From Macrostomum lignano (taxonomy: Eukaryota): DNA of 64,000 bases. The stretch is taken from contig NIVC01002504.1 of assembly GCA_002269645.1 (NCBI GenBank), positions 102,673-166,672 on the forward strand, read 5' to 3'. The notes beneath the pieces were generated by a model, which made no database searches, was not told the DNA's origin, and worked only from the letters and a program-made list of their open reading frames with translations. Positions 25,300-38,311 of the stretch are shown in pieces. A program made the position numbers and the translations under genes. Numbering within the stretch: position 1 is the stretch's first letter; each line of letters starts with the position of its first letter.

Positions 25300-25544
25300 T
25301 TAATGCTGCGGCTGCGTACAGCTGTTCAGTCCATGGACTGGGGCAGAGGCCCCACTCATCCTCAATTATCTAGCTAATGCTGGTACTCATATTACAGCTG
25401 GCCTGGGTGAAATGAAGCAATTCAGCACTCAGGACATCAGTCAAATGTTCAGAGCTAAATAGATACAAATTGTACCAATGGACTCTGGAATCAAACACCC
25501 GACCTAAATTCGTGAGTCCGACACTCTAACCACTAGGCTACAAC
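25300..25544 (-). mobile_element. tRNA-derived SINE (tRNA-Val(CAC)-like head)
   Basis: The minus strand reads GTTGTAGCCTAGTGGTTAGAGTGTCGGACTCACGAATTTAGGTCGGGTGTTTGATTCC (A box, anticodon-like CAC, B-box-like GTTTGATTCC). It is followed by TTCACCCAGGCCAGCTGTAATATGAGTACC, similar to the CACCCAGCTGTAAATGGGTACC body of many invertebrate SINEs. Confidence 0.6.
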
Positions 25545-25980
25545 ACTAAAGTGCTATGAGATTATGGCTAAAGTGCTATGAGATTATGGCTAAAGTGCTA
25601 TGAGATTATTGCTAAAGTGCTATGAGATTATGGCTAAAGTGCTATGGGATTATGGCTAAAGTGCTATGCGATTATGGCTAAAGTGCTTTGAGGTTATGGC
25701 TAAATTTCTTTGAGATTATGGCTAAACTTAGAGGAGATTATGGCTCAAGTACTTTAAGATTATAGCTTAGCTGCTAATATGATTATGACAAGATTGAAAT
25801 GAGATTATGGCTCAATTGTTATGTTTAACTGAAATGAGATCATAGGCAATGTTGCTTTGAGATTATGGCTAAACTGCTTTAAATTTATAGCTAAACTGAA
25901 ATGAGATTATTGCTTTGAGACTATGTCTCAACTGCTATGAAATTATGGCCAAAATGAAATGAGATTGTGACTAAAGAAAA
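25545..25980. repeat. 22-bp minisatellite (ATTATGGCTAAAGTGCTATGAG), decaying rightwards
   Basis: About 7 near-perfect units followed by diverged ones. Confidence 0.9.
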
Positions 25981-26484
25981 CAAAGTTTTAATGAAAAAAT
26001 ATTGTGTTATAATGAATTTGTCTAGAGTGATATGCAGTTTAAGAGTGAAGGAGCTAAAAATGTCTTACTGTGACATTGGGCTACATTTGAAAAATACTCA
26101 ACATTATCTGGACTATGGTAAGCATAAAGGGGGACTATATAATTGAGGGACCCCAAAAGAATTGAGATCCTAGACCCCAAGTCCTAGGATCCTCAGATTT
26201 TGAAATTTGGGATACAAGAATTGACTTCCCTACTAAACTGATATTTCAAGAATAAATTACATTTTAAGGACAACCATAGGGTCAAGTCAAAATAGTTTAT
26301 AAATCAATCAATTTAAAATAATGGGTTATTGCAGTTTGCGTATGTTATTCATTTTAAGAAGATATTGAGATAAGATTTTGAAAGCAATGAAGCTATAATC
26401 CTTAGGTCACGAGGAACACCTAATAAGCAGACTGAAACAAATACATATACTATATTGAGCTAGCCTAAATTAGCTTATAAATAC

Positions 26485-26800
26485 ATATATCTCAACATAT
26501 AAAAATCAAAACTCTGTCTGTCTGTGTGTGTACAATTTTGTTCGCTTTGGACTCCCAAACTACTCAACCAAATTACACTAAATTTTGCACCTAGCCTAAA
26601 CTCACTACGGAGAATGTCTTAGGCTACCTTAAAATTTTCTAAATTTGAATCTTCCTACCTGAAAGTGCAAAAAACTGCTTAAAATGCGCGATTTTTTTGG
26701 TAAATCCTTCATAGCGCCGCTCCACTTTTACAGATCCTCTTCAAATTTGACACAATTAATATTCAACGGTGTAAAATTTGTAAATCATGTAAAATTTAGA
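26485..26800 (+). mobile_element. Possible non-autonomous Helitron/DINE-1-like element
   Basis: ATATAAAAATCAAAACTCTGTCTGTCTGTGTGTG..CAAACTACTCAACCAAATT..AAATTTTGCAC follows the layout of DINE-1/HINE 5' ends. The 3' end was not identified. Confidence 0.35.
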
Positions 26801-27490
26801 GTCTCAATGTTAATCCTGAGCGGCGCTGTGCACTTTTAAAATTAGGCTTTTTTTGTCAACGAGGCAGCCACCCCAACCTCTGCCTGCCTCTCTTTCCTGA
26901 TCTGGGCCCAGATATGTAAAAGGGGTTTTAAAATTGACTAACTTTCGGCTGCCATAAATTTGCTCCCTGTGTAGCAATTGACTTGATACTTGACACAATT
27001 CTTAATTGACTCAACTCTGTAACTCAATAAGAACAGAAACTGCAAGCATGTGAAGCTTGTCTGCTTTTTCTGTTGTTTGTGCCGCTCACTCACTCATTCC
27101 CCCGAATCCCTCAGCCCAGACCAAGGTTCAGGCGATAGGGCTCAGTTTTACTTAAAGGCACTTAAAATGTTTCCAAAGAGAAGTATAATATAGGTTGTTA
27201 GACTGCTGCGGTACAGTGGAGCTGGAAATACATAAATTGGCTGCAAATTAGCCAGAAAAATGGCAGATAAAGAATCAAGATCATAGCTGAGGGGCAGACG
27301 AGAGTGGAAAGAAGAAGGAATAGACGATTAAAATAGAGAAAAGAGGCGAGAAAGGGGATAAGAGAAAAGTGAAGATAAGAGGAGAGACGAGGGTGAGGAA
27401 AGAGGGGAGAGAGGAGGCAGAGATAAAAATCGGAGAAAGAGAAGCGAAAAAGAGAGGGTAGAAAGTGATTCAAAGGAAAAAGATAATAGA

Positions 27491-27628
<138 letters not shown>

Positions 27629-29936
27629 GCGAATGCGCTGTGTTTGGTGTTAGGGTTTCTAGGCGCCGTGGTAGTTGTAGAGTAGCGTAGTCGTTCCAGG
27701 GTTGGTGTCCATCCAGTTTAAATAATATTGAATTTTTGAACTAGTTTAACTATCCTTTACTTTTTCATGAAGTTCATTTGTTCGTTTTCTATATGATAGA
27801 TAGTTAAATTTTCTTGATCAAGTAGCAACATATGAACTGTTGTTTCTTTTGACAATAAATAATTATAAATTCTGATAATAGTGGAGAGGTAAAGAATTAA
27901 TTCTGCATTTGGTCTTTGTACATGTGTGGTATAATATTGTATGACCTTATAAGATATGATAGAGGTCTGTGGTCAACTGTCTTAACGTTAATTCAAGTTT
28001 ATTAATTTCTTTGTGCTGTACACAGCTTAACATAAACAAAACAAAACAAACAAAACTTAATTTATGACTAGGCCTACCTATACATTGTGTTTTGTTTTTG
28101 GCCAAATTAAAGGGCTTGTCAACTTAAGTTCATAAAGTGAAGTCTGTGCCTGAGTAACCTATGATGTTACACAAATGACACAAATGATGTCATTTTGCTT
28201 ACAATGACATTAAAAAGCTGGGTTTGGCAAAAAGCAATGAAAATTGAATTTTGGTCTTTGGATAGGGTAAAACAAGCAAGGTGATAATATAGACTTTACT
28301 TTATAAGCTTAAGTTGTCCCTTTATGTTGTTAAGTCTTAATTTATTAATGTAGATTTTGGACTACGCCTAGGCTGTTTAATATTAATAAGATTTGATTTA
28401 GAAGTTATTTTTAATGTTAATATTATTAACTAACCTTATTTAATCTAATCTGTTTGTTTAGCCTAAAAATTCATATTTTGAAAATGCATCTAGTGTCTAG
28501 TATTTATTGATAACTTATAAGGTTAGGCCTAGTTGATAGAATTTTTTGCATTATATTCATTTTAAGCCTATACTCTTATAATTTATTGCCATTGCCATTG
28601 GTTATTTTGTCTATTGTTTGTTTTAAACTGCTTTACAATTAATGCTTTGAAAACTTTTTATACTTGACCAATTTCCATCTATAACTTGGCCATTGCGTAA
28701 GCCTATCAGTTATAGGCTTTTATCCCCTAATTTATTGATTAAATTAAAACAATATTTAAAAATAACTACAATAGTCTATCTTTACAATAAATAATAACTA
28801 CCTGTGGTTGTATAGATACAGTTTTTAATTGCTGTTTTCATAGGCTTTGAATTTTATAATAACTATATAATTTTTTATTTTATATTATGTTTTTGTTCTA
28901 TGTATTTTTTGCAAAATTATTCATTTCAAATTTTTCATATAGGAGATGTGAACATATTTTTATTAAAATTGGCATTGCAGATGGCCTATATACTTTGCCC
29001 AAGAAGTTAAAAGATGTCATGCTCCTGTAATGTGCACCAGATAAGGCCACTGAGGCTAATGATAGCAGGATATCAAGAGATTAATGTCAATGCAAAGCCT
29101 GAGGAACACTCATAAGCATTGAGCAGGTCATCAAGACATCAGCAAGACAATAACTGGACAAGTGCAGAAGGGCCTTCCATTTCTATATCTCCTGATGCAT
29201 CTGAGTCAGATGATGTGGAGGACCATGGCGAAATTTGCTTTCAGTGTCCCACTATTTCCTTTTGAGAATGGTGAGTATGCTAAAAATGCTAATGGTTAAA
29301 GTCAGATTAGATTTTTCAAGTTACAAAAATGAAACTTAATACATTTTTGCATTCATTTTCCTTAAAAGATATGTCAGCAAAATTTAGCAACTGTTAAAAG
29401 ACCCTCGCTTGGTCGCTTTGTGGCATCAATTTCTCAACAGCAGGATTTTGCTTCCAGTTTCTTCTGTCACTGTATATATATTTTTTTATTGTATATTGCG
29501 TACTCGCATTCTAAACTGGACAAGATAACTTTTCGGCGAATATAATTCCTTATTACGTTGCGCACTTCGTCTTGGACACCATGCATTTCCGCCATAAGTC
29601 GACCGAAAAAACTTCCGAACATTGAAGTTGTCATTTTGTAATCTCTTTGGTGGGTGTTGCTTCTTTTTAGACCGGCTTGCAGAAGCCATGATGCTGAAAA
29701 TTTAGTTTAAAGGCAAGAGCAGTAGAATAAATAAAGATCAAAAAGCAAAACAAGAATCTGCAAAAAAGCATATCTATAAGTTGTATAAAGTAGACTATGA
29801 TCTGAGATAGAGTATTATTTATAATAATGTTTGATATTTTTTCCTTAGAATTATCAATTTTTCAATTTTTGATAAATTAATAATTTAAAAAACAGTTTAG
29901 GCCCTATTATTAAACCTATCACAATCTCTATATCTC

Positions 29937-30242
29937 CTAATCAGAGGCGTCGGCAGAAGCTGGTCCAGTGAGCGCAGCTGCAGAGGCGTCGGCAGAAGCT
30001 GGTCCAGTGAGCGCAGCTGCAGAGGCGTCGGTAGAAGCTGGTCCAGTGAGCACAGCTGCAGAGGCGTCGGCAGGAGCTGGTCCAGTAACCATATCCTCTA
30101 CGTTGCAGCTATATTGGGTTGATACGCGGACTGCCAGAGGCTGGAAGTCCTCATCGCTGTCCAGTTCGGTATCTGCAGGCTGGTGTTCATTTCCTTTTTT
30201 GGGGTTTGGTCGTCTGCTAGTCATTACTAGCTGATGTGTCAT
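29937..30242 (-). CDS. Probable exon of the second EnSpm accessory gene, with 39-bp repeats (TGPASADASAAAL)
   Basis: Basic/acidic linker RRPNPKKG..DTELDSDEDF, then about 4 in-frame 13-aa repeats. Confidence 0.4.
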   Translation of the reverse strand: MTHQLVMTSRRPNPKKGNEHQPADTELDSDEDFQPLAVRVSTQYSCNVEDMVTGPAPADASAAVLTGPASTDASAAALTGPASADASAAALTGPASADASD

Positions 30243-30393
30243 TGTGTCAGGCGTGTTACTGCTAGTTTAATCCCACCGCTTAGCTACCTATTTTTGTAGG
30301 GGTGTTTAATTATAGTTTGGTCCTACTGTTTAGCTACCAAATTTTTTGTGGGTACTTTAGCTCTCGGGGGAATTATACTGCTGCTGTCTAATT

Positions 30394-30953
30394 TGTTATA
30401 AGGGAGTCGGGGTTACTGGCTTTTATTTTATTGCTAACACGGATTATTTTGTGAATTTCGTAGGATTTGGGGAGAAGTATGCAATTTCTACTACTAGAAA
30501 TTGCTCCTGGTCTGGTGGCGTGGTGTCCGAGCGGCAAGACACAGTTTTCTACTCAGTCCGGGGAATTAAAATAGGGGGGGGGGAGTAAGGGCTTCGCGGT
30601 GGATTAGAGTTGCCTGGCGCGCTAATGGGGAATTCTAGTGGTTAATAGGGAATGCTGGCATGAAGGGCAGGTTGCTTCATTGGGAATTAAGTAGCGGAAT
30701 AGAACGTCTAATATTAAGGGACAATTAGTCGGAAGCAGGCAGTGACTTGGCGATTACTATGTCTGAGGAAGAGCGGGCGGGCTCCGTGGGACGGCTGTAC
30801 GTTCAAAAAGGGGGGGGGGTTTGGACAGCCCCGATCTTTCTGGGGAGCGCTTGCGGGGAAGGGAGGAGGGGAGCGATCGTACACTTCTCTTATTCAGTGA
30901 ACCTCGGGAAAAGAAAGGAAAACTGACTAACTCCAATTTCTATTTTTAGAACA
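30394..30953 (-). repeat. Non-coding LTR-like module, copy 2 (TGTTCTAAAAATAG ... CCTTATAACA)
   Basis: Homologous to 1849..2517. AATAAA lies about 40 nt before the CA end. Downstream are TGGTAGCTAA and AGCGGTGGGATT (tRNA-Leu PBS-like). Confidence 0.5.
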
Positions 30954-31517
30954 AATGTTCATCTAGCACAAGCAGATAGTCAAGGCCAGCGCTCTAATTA
31001 AGACACGAGGCCCACAGGATGATTTTTCTACGAATATTTCACTCGCTTATACAATATTTCCTGCAAAAATGGCGTACTAATTATAACAATGATTTTCTTA
31101 CCGTAATCTTTAATAAGGCGAAAAAAGGTTAGTTATACATATTAAGCGCATGATATTGTTTGATAAATTTGCAAGTATACTACAAAAAGAAGGCAAATTC
31201 ATACGCGTAAAATACGTAGTATACGAGTATGGCGTTACAAAAATATTTGGCTACTTCAGATGTTTGTTAATCAATTGACCGGCTAAAATTGAATGTATCA
31301 ATAGACAAGCCAGCCAAAATAGCTCGAATGCAAAAATGCCATTCACAGTAATGCAACAGTCTCAGCAAGATCGCCCAGACTTACCAGCCACACGCTTCCG
31401 CTATTCAACTATTCAACTGCAGTTGAATAGTCGTCTGAAAAGGTTCATAGTACTCGTACATTACTAAATAATTTAGGGTCTATCTTAAGTAAATTAACAA
31501 GAGAATATGCAACTTAC

Positions 31518-31726
31518 CGCTACGGAAGACAACTCAAAATTCAGTAAATTCGTCCCATTTATCGGTAGGTGATTTTCCATATAATTTCTTGTAGTCCATC
31601 GAACGTGGGGGAAAATAAACTACATTTTTCCGTGTCCAGCCAGAAATTAGGAATTGCAGCAGCAGAGTCGCTCTCTATGCCAACAAATTTGACAACAAGC
31701 CACTTCTTGGTGGCGTTAGTATTCAT
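31518..31726 (-). pseudogene. Exon 1 of an EnSpm accessory gene (N-terminus of the kind found on DUF4806-type proteins)
   Basis: MNTNATKKWLVVKFVGIESDSAAAIPNFWLDTEKC followed by a GTAAGT donor. It starts just after the transposase end. Confidence 0.55.
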
Positions 31727-31789
31727 CTGAAGACGACAGTATGGGTATTATCAAAAATCCATTAGAAACTAAAAAGCCACATGCTTTTT

Positions 31790-32950
31790 CTATTACATCC
31801 GAGGTATTAATACTGAATGGCTGGCTAAGACTGGTCAAACTAAGAAGAAAAATTCCAGCAAGGAGCTAGCAATAGGCACTATATAAAAGTCGGACTTTGA
31901 TTGAAATTGCTTAACAATATACCCTGTTGGTAGACATTCTTGAATCAAGCAGATCTGCCTAGACACGGTTATAATAAAACCATCCTTTGTATTCGCCTTT
32001 AATGAGCTGGGTTGATTCTTGTGCTGCTCATTCAAAGCATTAGTCTGCAGCAGTTCTTGCATTCGATTGTGTAACTGAGCAATAACTTGATTGCCACTAC
32101 AAAGACGGTTCTTTAGAACTTTCAGATAATTTTCAAATCTAAAGGAAGAGAAACTATCGGCAGAGCCAAAAGTAACACATTCATCTGAAAGATGAATAAG
32201 GCTATGAGCAATGTTGGTAACAAATCCATCTCCATACAATGATGATGAAGTACTGAAAAAGTTACGCAGAATTTCCTGTGCAGCTGTTGCATTGGCTTTT
32301 GCTGATTTGCCACAGATATGATGCATAGCAACATGGAATAGCAGAAAGTGGTGATAAAGCTTATTGGGAACTCTGGCATCTTTCAGAACCACAATTCCAA
32401 AATAAAGACTAAATGATCGATATTCAGTGCCTTTCTAATAACAGAGCTCATTGAATCCACGAGGCCTTCGGGTAAACTCTGATGGAGTACATTCCTGCAA
32501 AGACTTCATGTTTGCTGTCAATTGCTCAATCATGAATATGGAAGTCGAACAGCATATGCATTTCCCTTAATCCAGAAGTGCATCATACGTCGCATCACTC
32601 CAAGGTATGCAACATGTAATACATCAAGAGGAAAAGATTTGACCATATCCAGTGCATTGCAGTTTAAAAGAGATGACTCTGAATTATGATGGTTTTCATC
32701 AGCTTGACTTCGAAATGTTTCATCAGTACGTAATGGAGCATCCAAGTTAGGAAAAATGACACATCTCCTCTTTTCATCATATTCACCAACAACATGGCAT
32801 TTATCACAACTACTATAACCAGTTGGATACTTAGTACACATTAATAGGCTCCGAGCAGGTGAATCACAAATGAATGCCTTTAGTTGAATACCATCAATAT
32901 TGATATTGCTGCTATAGTTACTTTTACAGCACTCCAGACTGCATGTATGA
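31790..32950 (-). pseudogene. Second CMC/EnSpm transposase (C-terminal half)
   Basis: GYSSCDKCHVVG..FP..LRTDETFR..D.NHH..DMVKSFPLDVLHVAYLGVMRR; TEYRSFSLYFG; YHHFLLFH; LYGDGFVTNIAHSLIHL..FGSADSFSSFRFENYL. Confidence 0.88.
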
Positions 32951-33299
32951 AGTAGCTAAGGTACATAATTTTTCGTCAATCACATGTCACAACTAATATA
33001 TAACACTATCTTGTATAACTGACAAAATTTGAAACATTATTAATATAAGAAAATAAAACTTGACTAATATTTTTATTTAATTATTTGTAAAAACACGTTT
33101 ATTTAAAAGCTGCACTTATTTAAATGCATCGCGAAGGAACATGCACTCACATGAGAAATGGGGTGGTAATAAAGAGGAAGAAAAAGAAGAGAGGAGAGAG
33201 AGGAGAAAGGAATTGAGGTCTCGAGGGAGAGGGTGAACCGAATCGTCCGAACCTTCTGACCGCTTTAACTGCGCCAGCCGTTTTTCCATTCTGTTCAGG

Positions 33300-35880
33300 C
33301 AGAATGTTTTCTGCCTCGAATGTTTTCTGCCACGGTCTGTTTTCTGTTGTTGAGTATGACACTACGCAGGAGCTTATAGCTACTGGCTGCCAAAAGTATG
33401 CCGCCTCGATCGTACCAGGTACAATGTTGTTACGGCGCACCAGCGTGTCGACTGCCAAATATTAAAGATGTGATTGATTTGAGGCGGGCTGAGCTGCGGT
33501 CTGTACGGGTGCCATAGACTATTAATTGAGTAAGACACAACTGAGTTTGAACTTAAAGCGCAAGGCTGCAGATTAAAGGGAAACATTGGAGGATAAGAAT
33601 CCGACAGATTGGGGGGGGCGGCGCAAAAGGTGCTGAACATGTAACTTTAAGCGATAATATTGATTGAAATTGACATGCTTTAATAATTGCGGTTTGCGTT
33701 GCAGATCTGTTAACATTAAATCATACATTGAAGGGCCTCTTGAAAAGCTGCAATACGCGAAATATTTGGAGGGACAAAGCCGTTCCCGACACTCTGGGGG
33801 GGGGGGGCGGCTAAACAGTCACGAACAACAGAGAGTATCAATAGATTCCAGATATTTTCAACTCAGATAAAGTCCAGATAAAGTCAACTTTATAGGAAGA
33901 TATAGTGCGCGGGGCCGTTTAGACCGAGGGGACTCAATTTGATTGTGATAAAACGCTCATTAATAGTCTCGAATGCGCTGTCCAGTCTGCGATTTTGCGC
34001 TTCTATGCTGGCTGGGGTCAGAGGGCGTAGGTCGTCGGGATCATTGCTGAGGGCAGTTAAGGTCGTGAGTTCAGTTGTGCTTCGACTCTGCACAAAAGCG
34101 TTTGCAGCCCGTCGTCACAGATCCGGCGGCGCCACAGTGCGGAGCGAATGCTAGATTTGATAAGAGCGACCATTCTTTCAACGGTCCCCTGGTGCCAAGG
34201 CGCGCGAACCGGTGCAAATTTGAAGCGTAGCTGTTTGGCAGCGGCGAAGGGTTGCAGGTCTGGGTATAACTTGTGCTGGAAATAGGTGTGAGAAGCGAGC
34301 CTATGGCTTTGGCGGCGGATTGAAACGCAGGAGCCTGGTCGAGGAAGATGGTACCCTCAGTGAGGCTACGTCGAGCCAAAAACCGCTCGAAGGCTCGAAG
34401 CACGGCATCGCCGGAGTAGTCATTCAGGTACTCCAGATGTACGGCACGGCTTGTAGTGCAAAAGATAACGAGAGCCCAGCGCTTGGCACTGGCCGCAGTC
34501 TTTGGTTCGAATGTATGAATCAGACCCAGCTGGTCGACAAGGATGGAATTGAACGCGGGCTGAGTGAAGTCGAGGCGCTCAGGAGGTAGCAGGCCAGGTG
34601 GTGGGCGCGGCAATGTGGAACCTGTGGCAGGGAAGGTAATTCTTAAGAACACCGCGTATCGTAGAGAGTCTGCGGAGAATCCAGAAACGTTCCCTCAGAC
34701 GACCGAGGACGGTGCGAGCAGACGCGTGCACTTCTTGCTCGTGAATGTGTAGAATGAGAAGACGGGTCAGGTAGCTGTCTGTCGGCATGAGTAGCGGAAA
34801 AACGGTGGCGGCATCAAGGGTGGCGTTTGCCATGCGAGACCCAAGTCGGACGTAACCATTTGAGTCCAGAAAGAGCGCTAGTTGATGAATTATTCGACAG
34901 GTCCCAGGCCGGTTTGATTGAAGAGCGATTACAACTTCCAAAAAACGGTTAAGTTGAACGAACTTGACCCAACGGAGCAGAGCAGTGTCGCGCTCCGTTG
35001 CGTGAGGAATGCCAGTGATTTTACTGCGTGTCGCGAACCGGACAACATAGGCGGTAGCCCGAGCAGCGTAGTGAGGCGGCTAAATCTGGAGATGTCCATG
35101 CCACCCGGAGGTAGAGCAACTACCTCTTCCGTGACGGACAAGAGAGCGTTAGTGACAGGCATCTCGGCCTTGGTGCGCGAGAGCAGTGGAAATGCGTCCA
35201 AGTCCGTCGAGTCAATATCGTGTCTTTGCGGAATCCAAGACGGCCAGTCCGTGTACTTTTTGCGGAGGAACTCTGGTCCACGATGAAAGTCCGATCGAAG
35301 AAGCTGAGAGAGCGTCAGTGGCTTTGTGCAGTGGTCTGCTGGGTTCAGTGCGGTTGGTACATATCGGCGATCATTCGTGACCGGAATTCATGATCTGAAC
35401 GCGGTGACGCTCGTATGGGCGAAGCTTGTCCGATTTGGCATCGCGATGGAGCCAGTAGAGGACTATCTGGCTATCGATGTAGTGGGTAATGCTCACGATG
35501 TTAAGAGTTGAGGTGAGCATATCTCGAAGGAGTGCTGTAGCACGAGTGGCGACCAGAGCAGCCCACAGTTCAATGCGAGGTGTAGTAATGTGGAGATGCT
35601 TCTTACCAATTTGAACGAGGCGTGCCTTAGCGTAGAGAAGTGTCGCGTTCACATTGTCACCCACATGCTGGTACAGATAGACAGTAAAACCATAAGCCCT
35701 CTGTGAACCATCGCTAAAGATGACCAGTCGGCAGGGCTCCGAGCGATCTGAGACGCAGCGACGAGGCATCGTTATACGGTCTATGTTGGCAAAGTCGTCC
35801 CGAAAAGTACGCCATGCGTCGACCGTGGCTTCATCAGCGGGTTGGTCCCAGGAATCCCCGGCACGGAAAGCCGTGTGAAA
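33300..35880 (-). mobile_element. BEL/Pao retrotransposon relic (RNase H, integrase, C-terminal domain)
   Basis: FSDGSQRAYG..LLYAKARLV..TTPRIELWAA..DSQIVLYWL; LDSNGYVRLGSR..PLLMP..RERFWILR; LPPERL..VDQLG..RAVHLE..FERFLARR; ALSNDPDDLRPLTPA. Confidence 0.92.
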
Positions 35881-35978
35881 TAAGGATTATCAATTAAGCA
35901 ATAGGTATTTACGAGCACGCATTGTATGAGCATAAGGATTATCAATTAAGCAATAGATATATACGAGCACGTAAAATG

Positions 35979-37570
35979 TTAGTTATGCCTAGTACTTGAA
36001 TTCATGCCGAATTCCGTTGACAGGCTGCTCTTAACGGGCCATCCCAGCTTGTCGGCCATCCAGCAGATCTCGAATCTTAGTTGCGCCTGTTGGTAAAACC
36101 ATCCTGACTGGGTAATGTCGTGCAGAGCGTACATAACGGCCTTGCGCCAGGCCGCTATGCATTGCTCATGCGTGAAGCTGGTCTGTAGGTCCTCGATCGC
36201 CGCCTCTGGCTCTTTAGTTTGAGGCAGGAAGCCCCTCCCATCCACCTTTAGCAGAGCTACGCTGAGCAGGTATGCCTTGAGCTTCATGATGGGCATAAGT
36301 GTGTATAAGTAGGTGACGCCAGACGGCCTCTCGGACACCTTCGACATGTCATCCGGAGTGCTCCAGGGGGACACGCTGGCGCCCTTCCTGTTTGTACTGG
36401 TTCTGGACTGGGTGCTGCAGCTGCCCTACCAACAGCCGACGATGGCTTCCTCCTGCAACGCCGTGTGGGCCGCCGCCAGCCAGAGCGTCGCCTCAGCATC
36501 CTGGGCTACGCCGATGATCTCGCCCTACTGTCCTCAACCGTCGAGAGAGCCCAACGTCAGCTGGACCGTCTGGTTGGCGTTGCTGCGAGCGTCGGCCTGG
36601 TGATCAACACGCAAAGACCGTCGTGCTCACTATGCCCACCAACATCCAAGCCGACATCTACTGCCGAGGCGCTGATGGGCAGGCAACGCTGCTGCCGCGC
36701 GTTCAGCAGTTCGTGTACCTCGGCGGCCTGGTACCTGACGCCTTCGACGACCTGAGGCGTCGCCGTGGACTCGCTTGGGCGGCCTTCAACTCCATGAGAA
36801 CCGTCCTGCACTCTGCGGCCCTGCCAGACCGCCAGCGCTCGGCGTTGTTTTAGGCGGTGATCGAGACCGTCCTGCTCTACAAAGCCGAAACATGGACGCT
36901 GATGGAGACGCTCGAGCGACAGGTCGACGCGGCGCACGCCGGCCTGCTGCGCGCTGCCTTCAAGATCGGCTGCGGCTAGCATGTCACCAACGCGGCGCTG
37001 TACGCCCGAGCTCGCCTGGCCCGCCCCAGCGATCTGCTCCGCCGCCGGCGGCTCCAGCTGGCAGGCCACCTCATCCGCGCTGAGGCGTAATGCCCCGAGC
37101 CGGCGCAGGAGACGCTGCTGCTTGCGCTCCCGGCGCCCTTCCGGCGGTGGCAGGCGCACACTCGGCGGTATCCGGACTGCCTGCTGGCCGATGCTGGCGC
37201 CCCCGACCAGGCCGGTGGACCGGCCTTTCTCCGCTCCCGTGCTCTGAGGCGCGACCTGTGACGCCCAACATCGACCCTAGGGCGTAACTTGTTGTTGTTG
37301 TTGTTCATGATGGCCTGCTTGTAAGGCGCTTGAAGGTGACTCGGGACTTCTCGCAGCACTGCAGAAAAATCTGCCCCCCCCCCAGAGCCATTGGATACTG
37401 CAGCCGGCGGCTTCTTGGTGGAGCTATCGAGGCTGCTTGCATGCTGACGGCCGGGGTCTGAGGCTGCACCGATGGCACACACACATCAGAGCTTTCTTCT
37501 TCAGATTCTAATTCGATAATCGGATTTTCTAATCTATTCTTTCTGGCGTGGCTTCCCTTGCCTGATTGTC
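35979..37570 (-). pseudogene. Unknown ORF split by the RTE insertion (halves 37304..37570 and 35979..36292)
   Basis: Removing the LINE and one TSD copy gives in-frame ADFSAVLREVPSHLQAPYKQAIM|KLKAYLLSVALLKVDGRGFLPQTKE..RFEICWMADKLGWPV. Confidence 0.55.
36293..37303 (+). mobile_element. 5'-truncated RTE-like non-LTR retrotransposon with a (TTG)n tail and 10-bp TSD TTCATGATGG
   Basis: RT motifs SSGVLQGDTLAPFLFVLVLDWVL, LGYADDLALL, FVYLGG. TSD copies at 36283-36292 and 37304-37313. Confidence 0.9.
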
Positions 37571-37573
37571 CTA

Positions 37574-37720
37574 CACTGTAAATTGTAGAGGTCCGAAAAA
37601 AGGTACGCTGGAGGTCCAAATGAAGGTCCGAAGCGTAGCCATATACGGACCTCTATGGTTAAGGGGTCCGAATGTCAGCGAGAGGTCCGATTTTCTCCAA
37701 TACCAATTTTTGAGGTGCAT
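37574..37720 (+). mobile_element. CACTG-type terminus with GAGGTCC/GGACCTC subterminal repeats (probable end of a third EnSpm unit)
   Basis: TA|CACTGTAAA followed by at least five AGGTCC motifs and one inverted GGACCTC. Animal EnSpm termini typically begin CACTG. Confidence 0.55.
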
Positions 37721-38311
37721 CGAAGCAAAAAATGAAAGGCTCAAACCAGTATGCCTGTTTTCATTTAAATTCCAATAGCATTATGACTCAGCTGTCTTCT
37801 GTTGGCTCTTAAGCGTACCTATTGGCTTAAATATAGCCATAAGATTTGTATATTGTCGAACTTGAGAAACTAAGTATTTATGGTTTCATAAATAATTAAT
37901 ATCAAATAAGCACATGTTGACAGCACTGTGACAACCAAGATTTTAGAAAAATAAATAGTGCAGCACCAAAAGAATAGATCATGCATGGCAAATAGGTGAA
38001 ACAGCGGATAGGAGACCTTTTTGTTGGTACATTTTACAGAACTCTTGTAGCATCAGTTTCCATGTTTTTTTCTCACTCTCGCTCTCAGTTTTTGGTCCGC
38101 CTGTATACGTCTATAGTATAATGTTCAAGTTAAAAACTATACTTCGTTGAATTTTTAAAAAGATCGTAATGCAACAATAGTCAAACCTACTTTTCATACC
38201 CGTTGGTCCGACAAAATTGGCTACCTGACCAGAAGAAAATCGCAGTCGCGCGATAAAAAAATTCGTGCTGCATCTCACCCATTGCACGAACTGTTTATAC
38301 CATTTTGCTTT

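Noticed and set aside
25480-25544. Functional tRNA-Val gene
   Set aside because: No complete acceptor stem, a degenerate B box, and it continues into a SINE-like body.
28930-29275. Plus-strand exon ending in GTGAGT
   Set aside because: All frames contain stops and no partner exons could be assigned.
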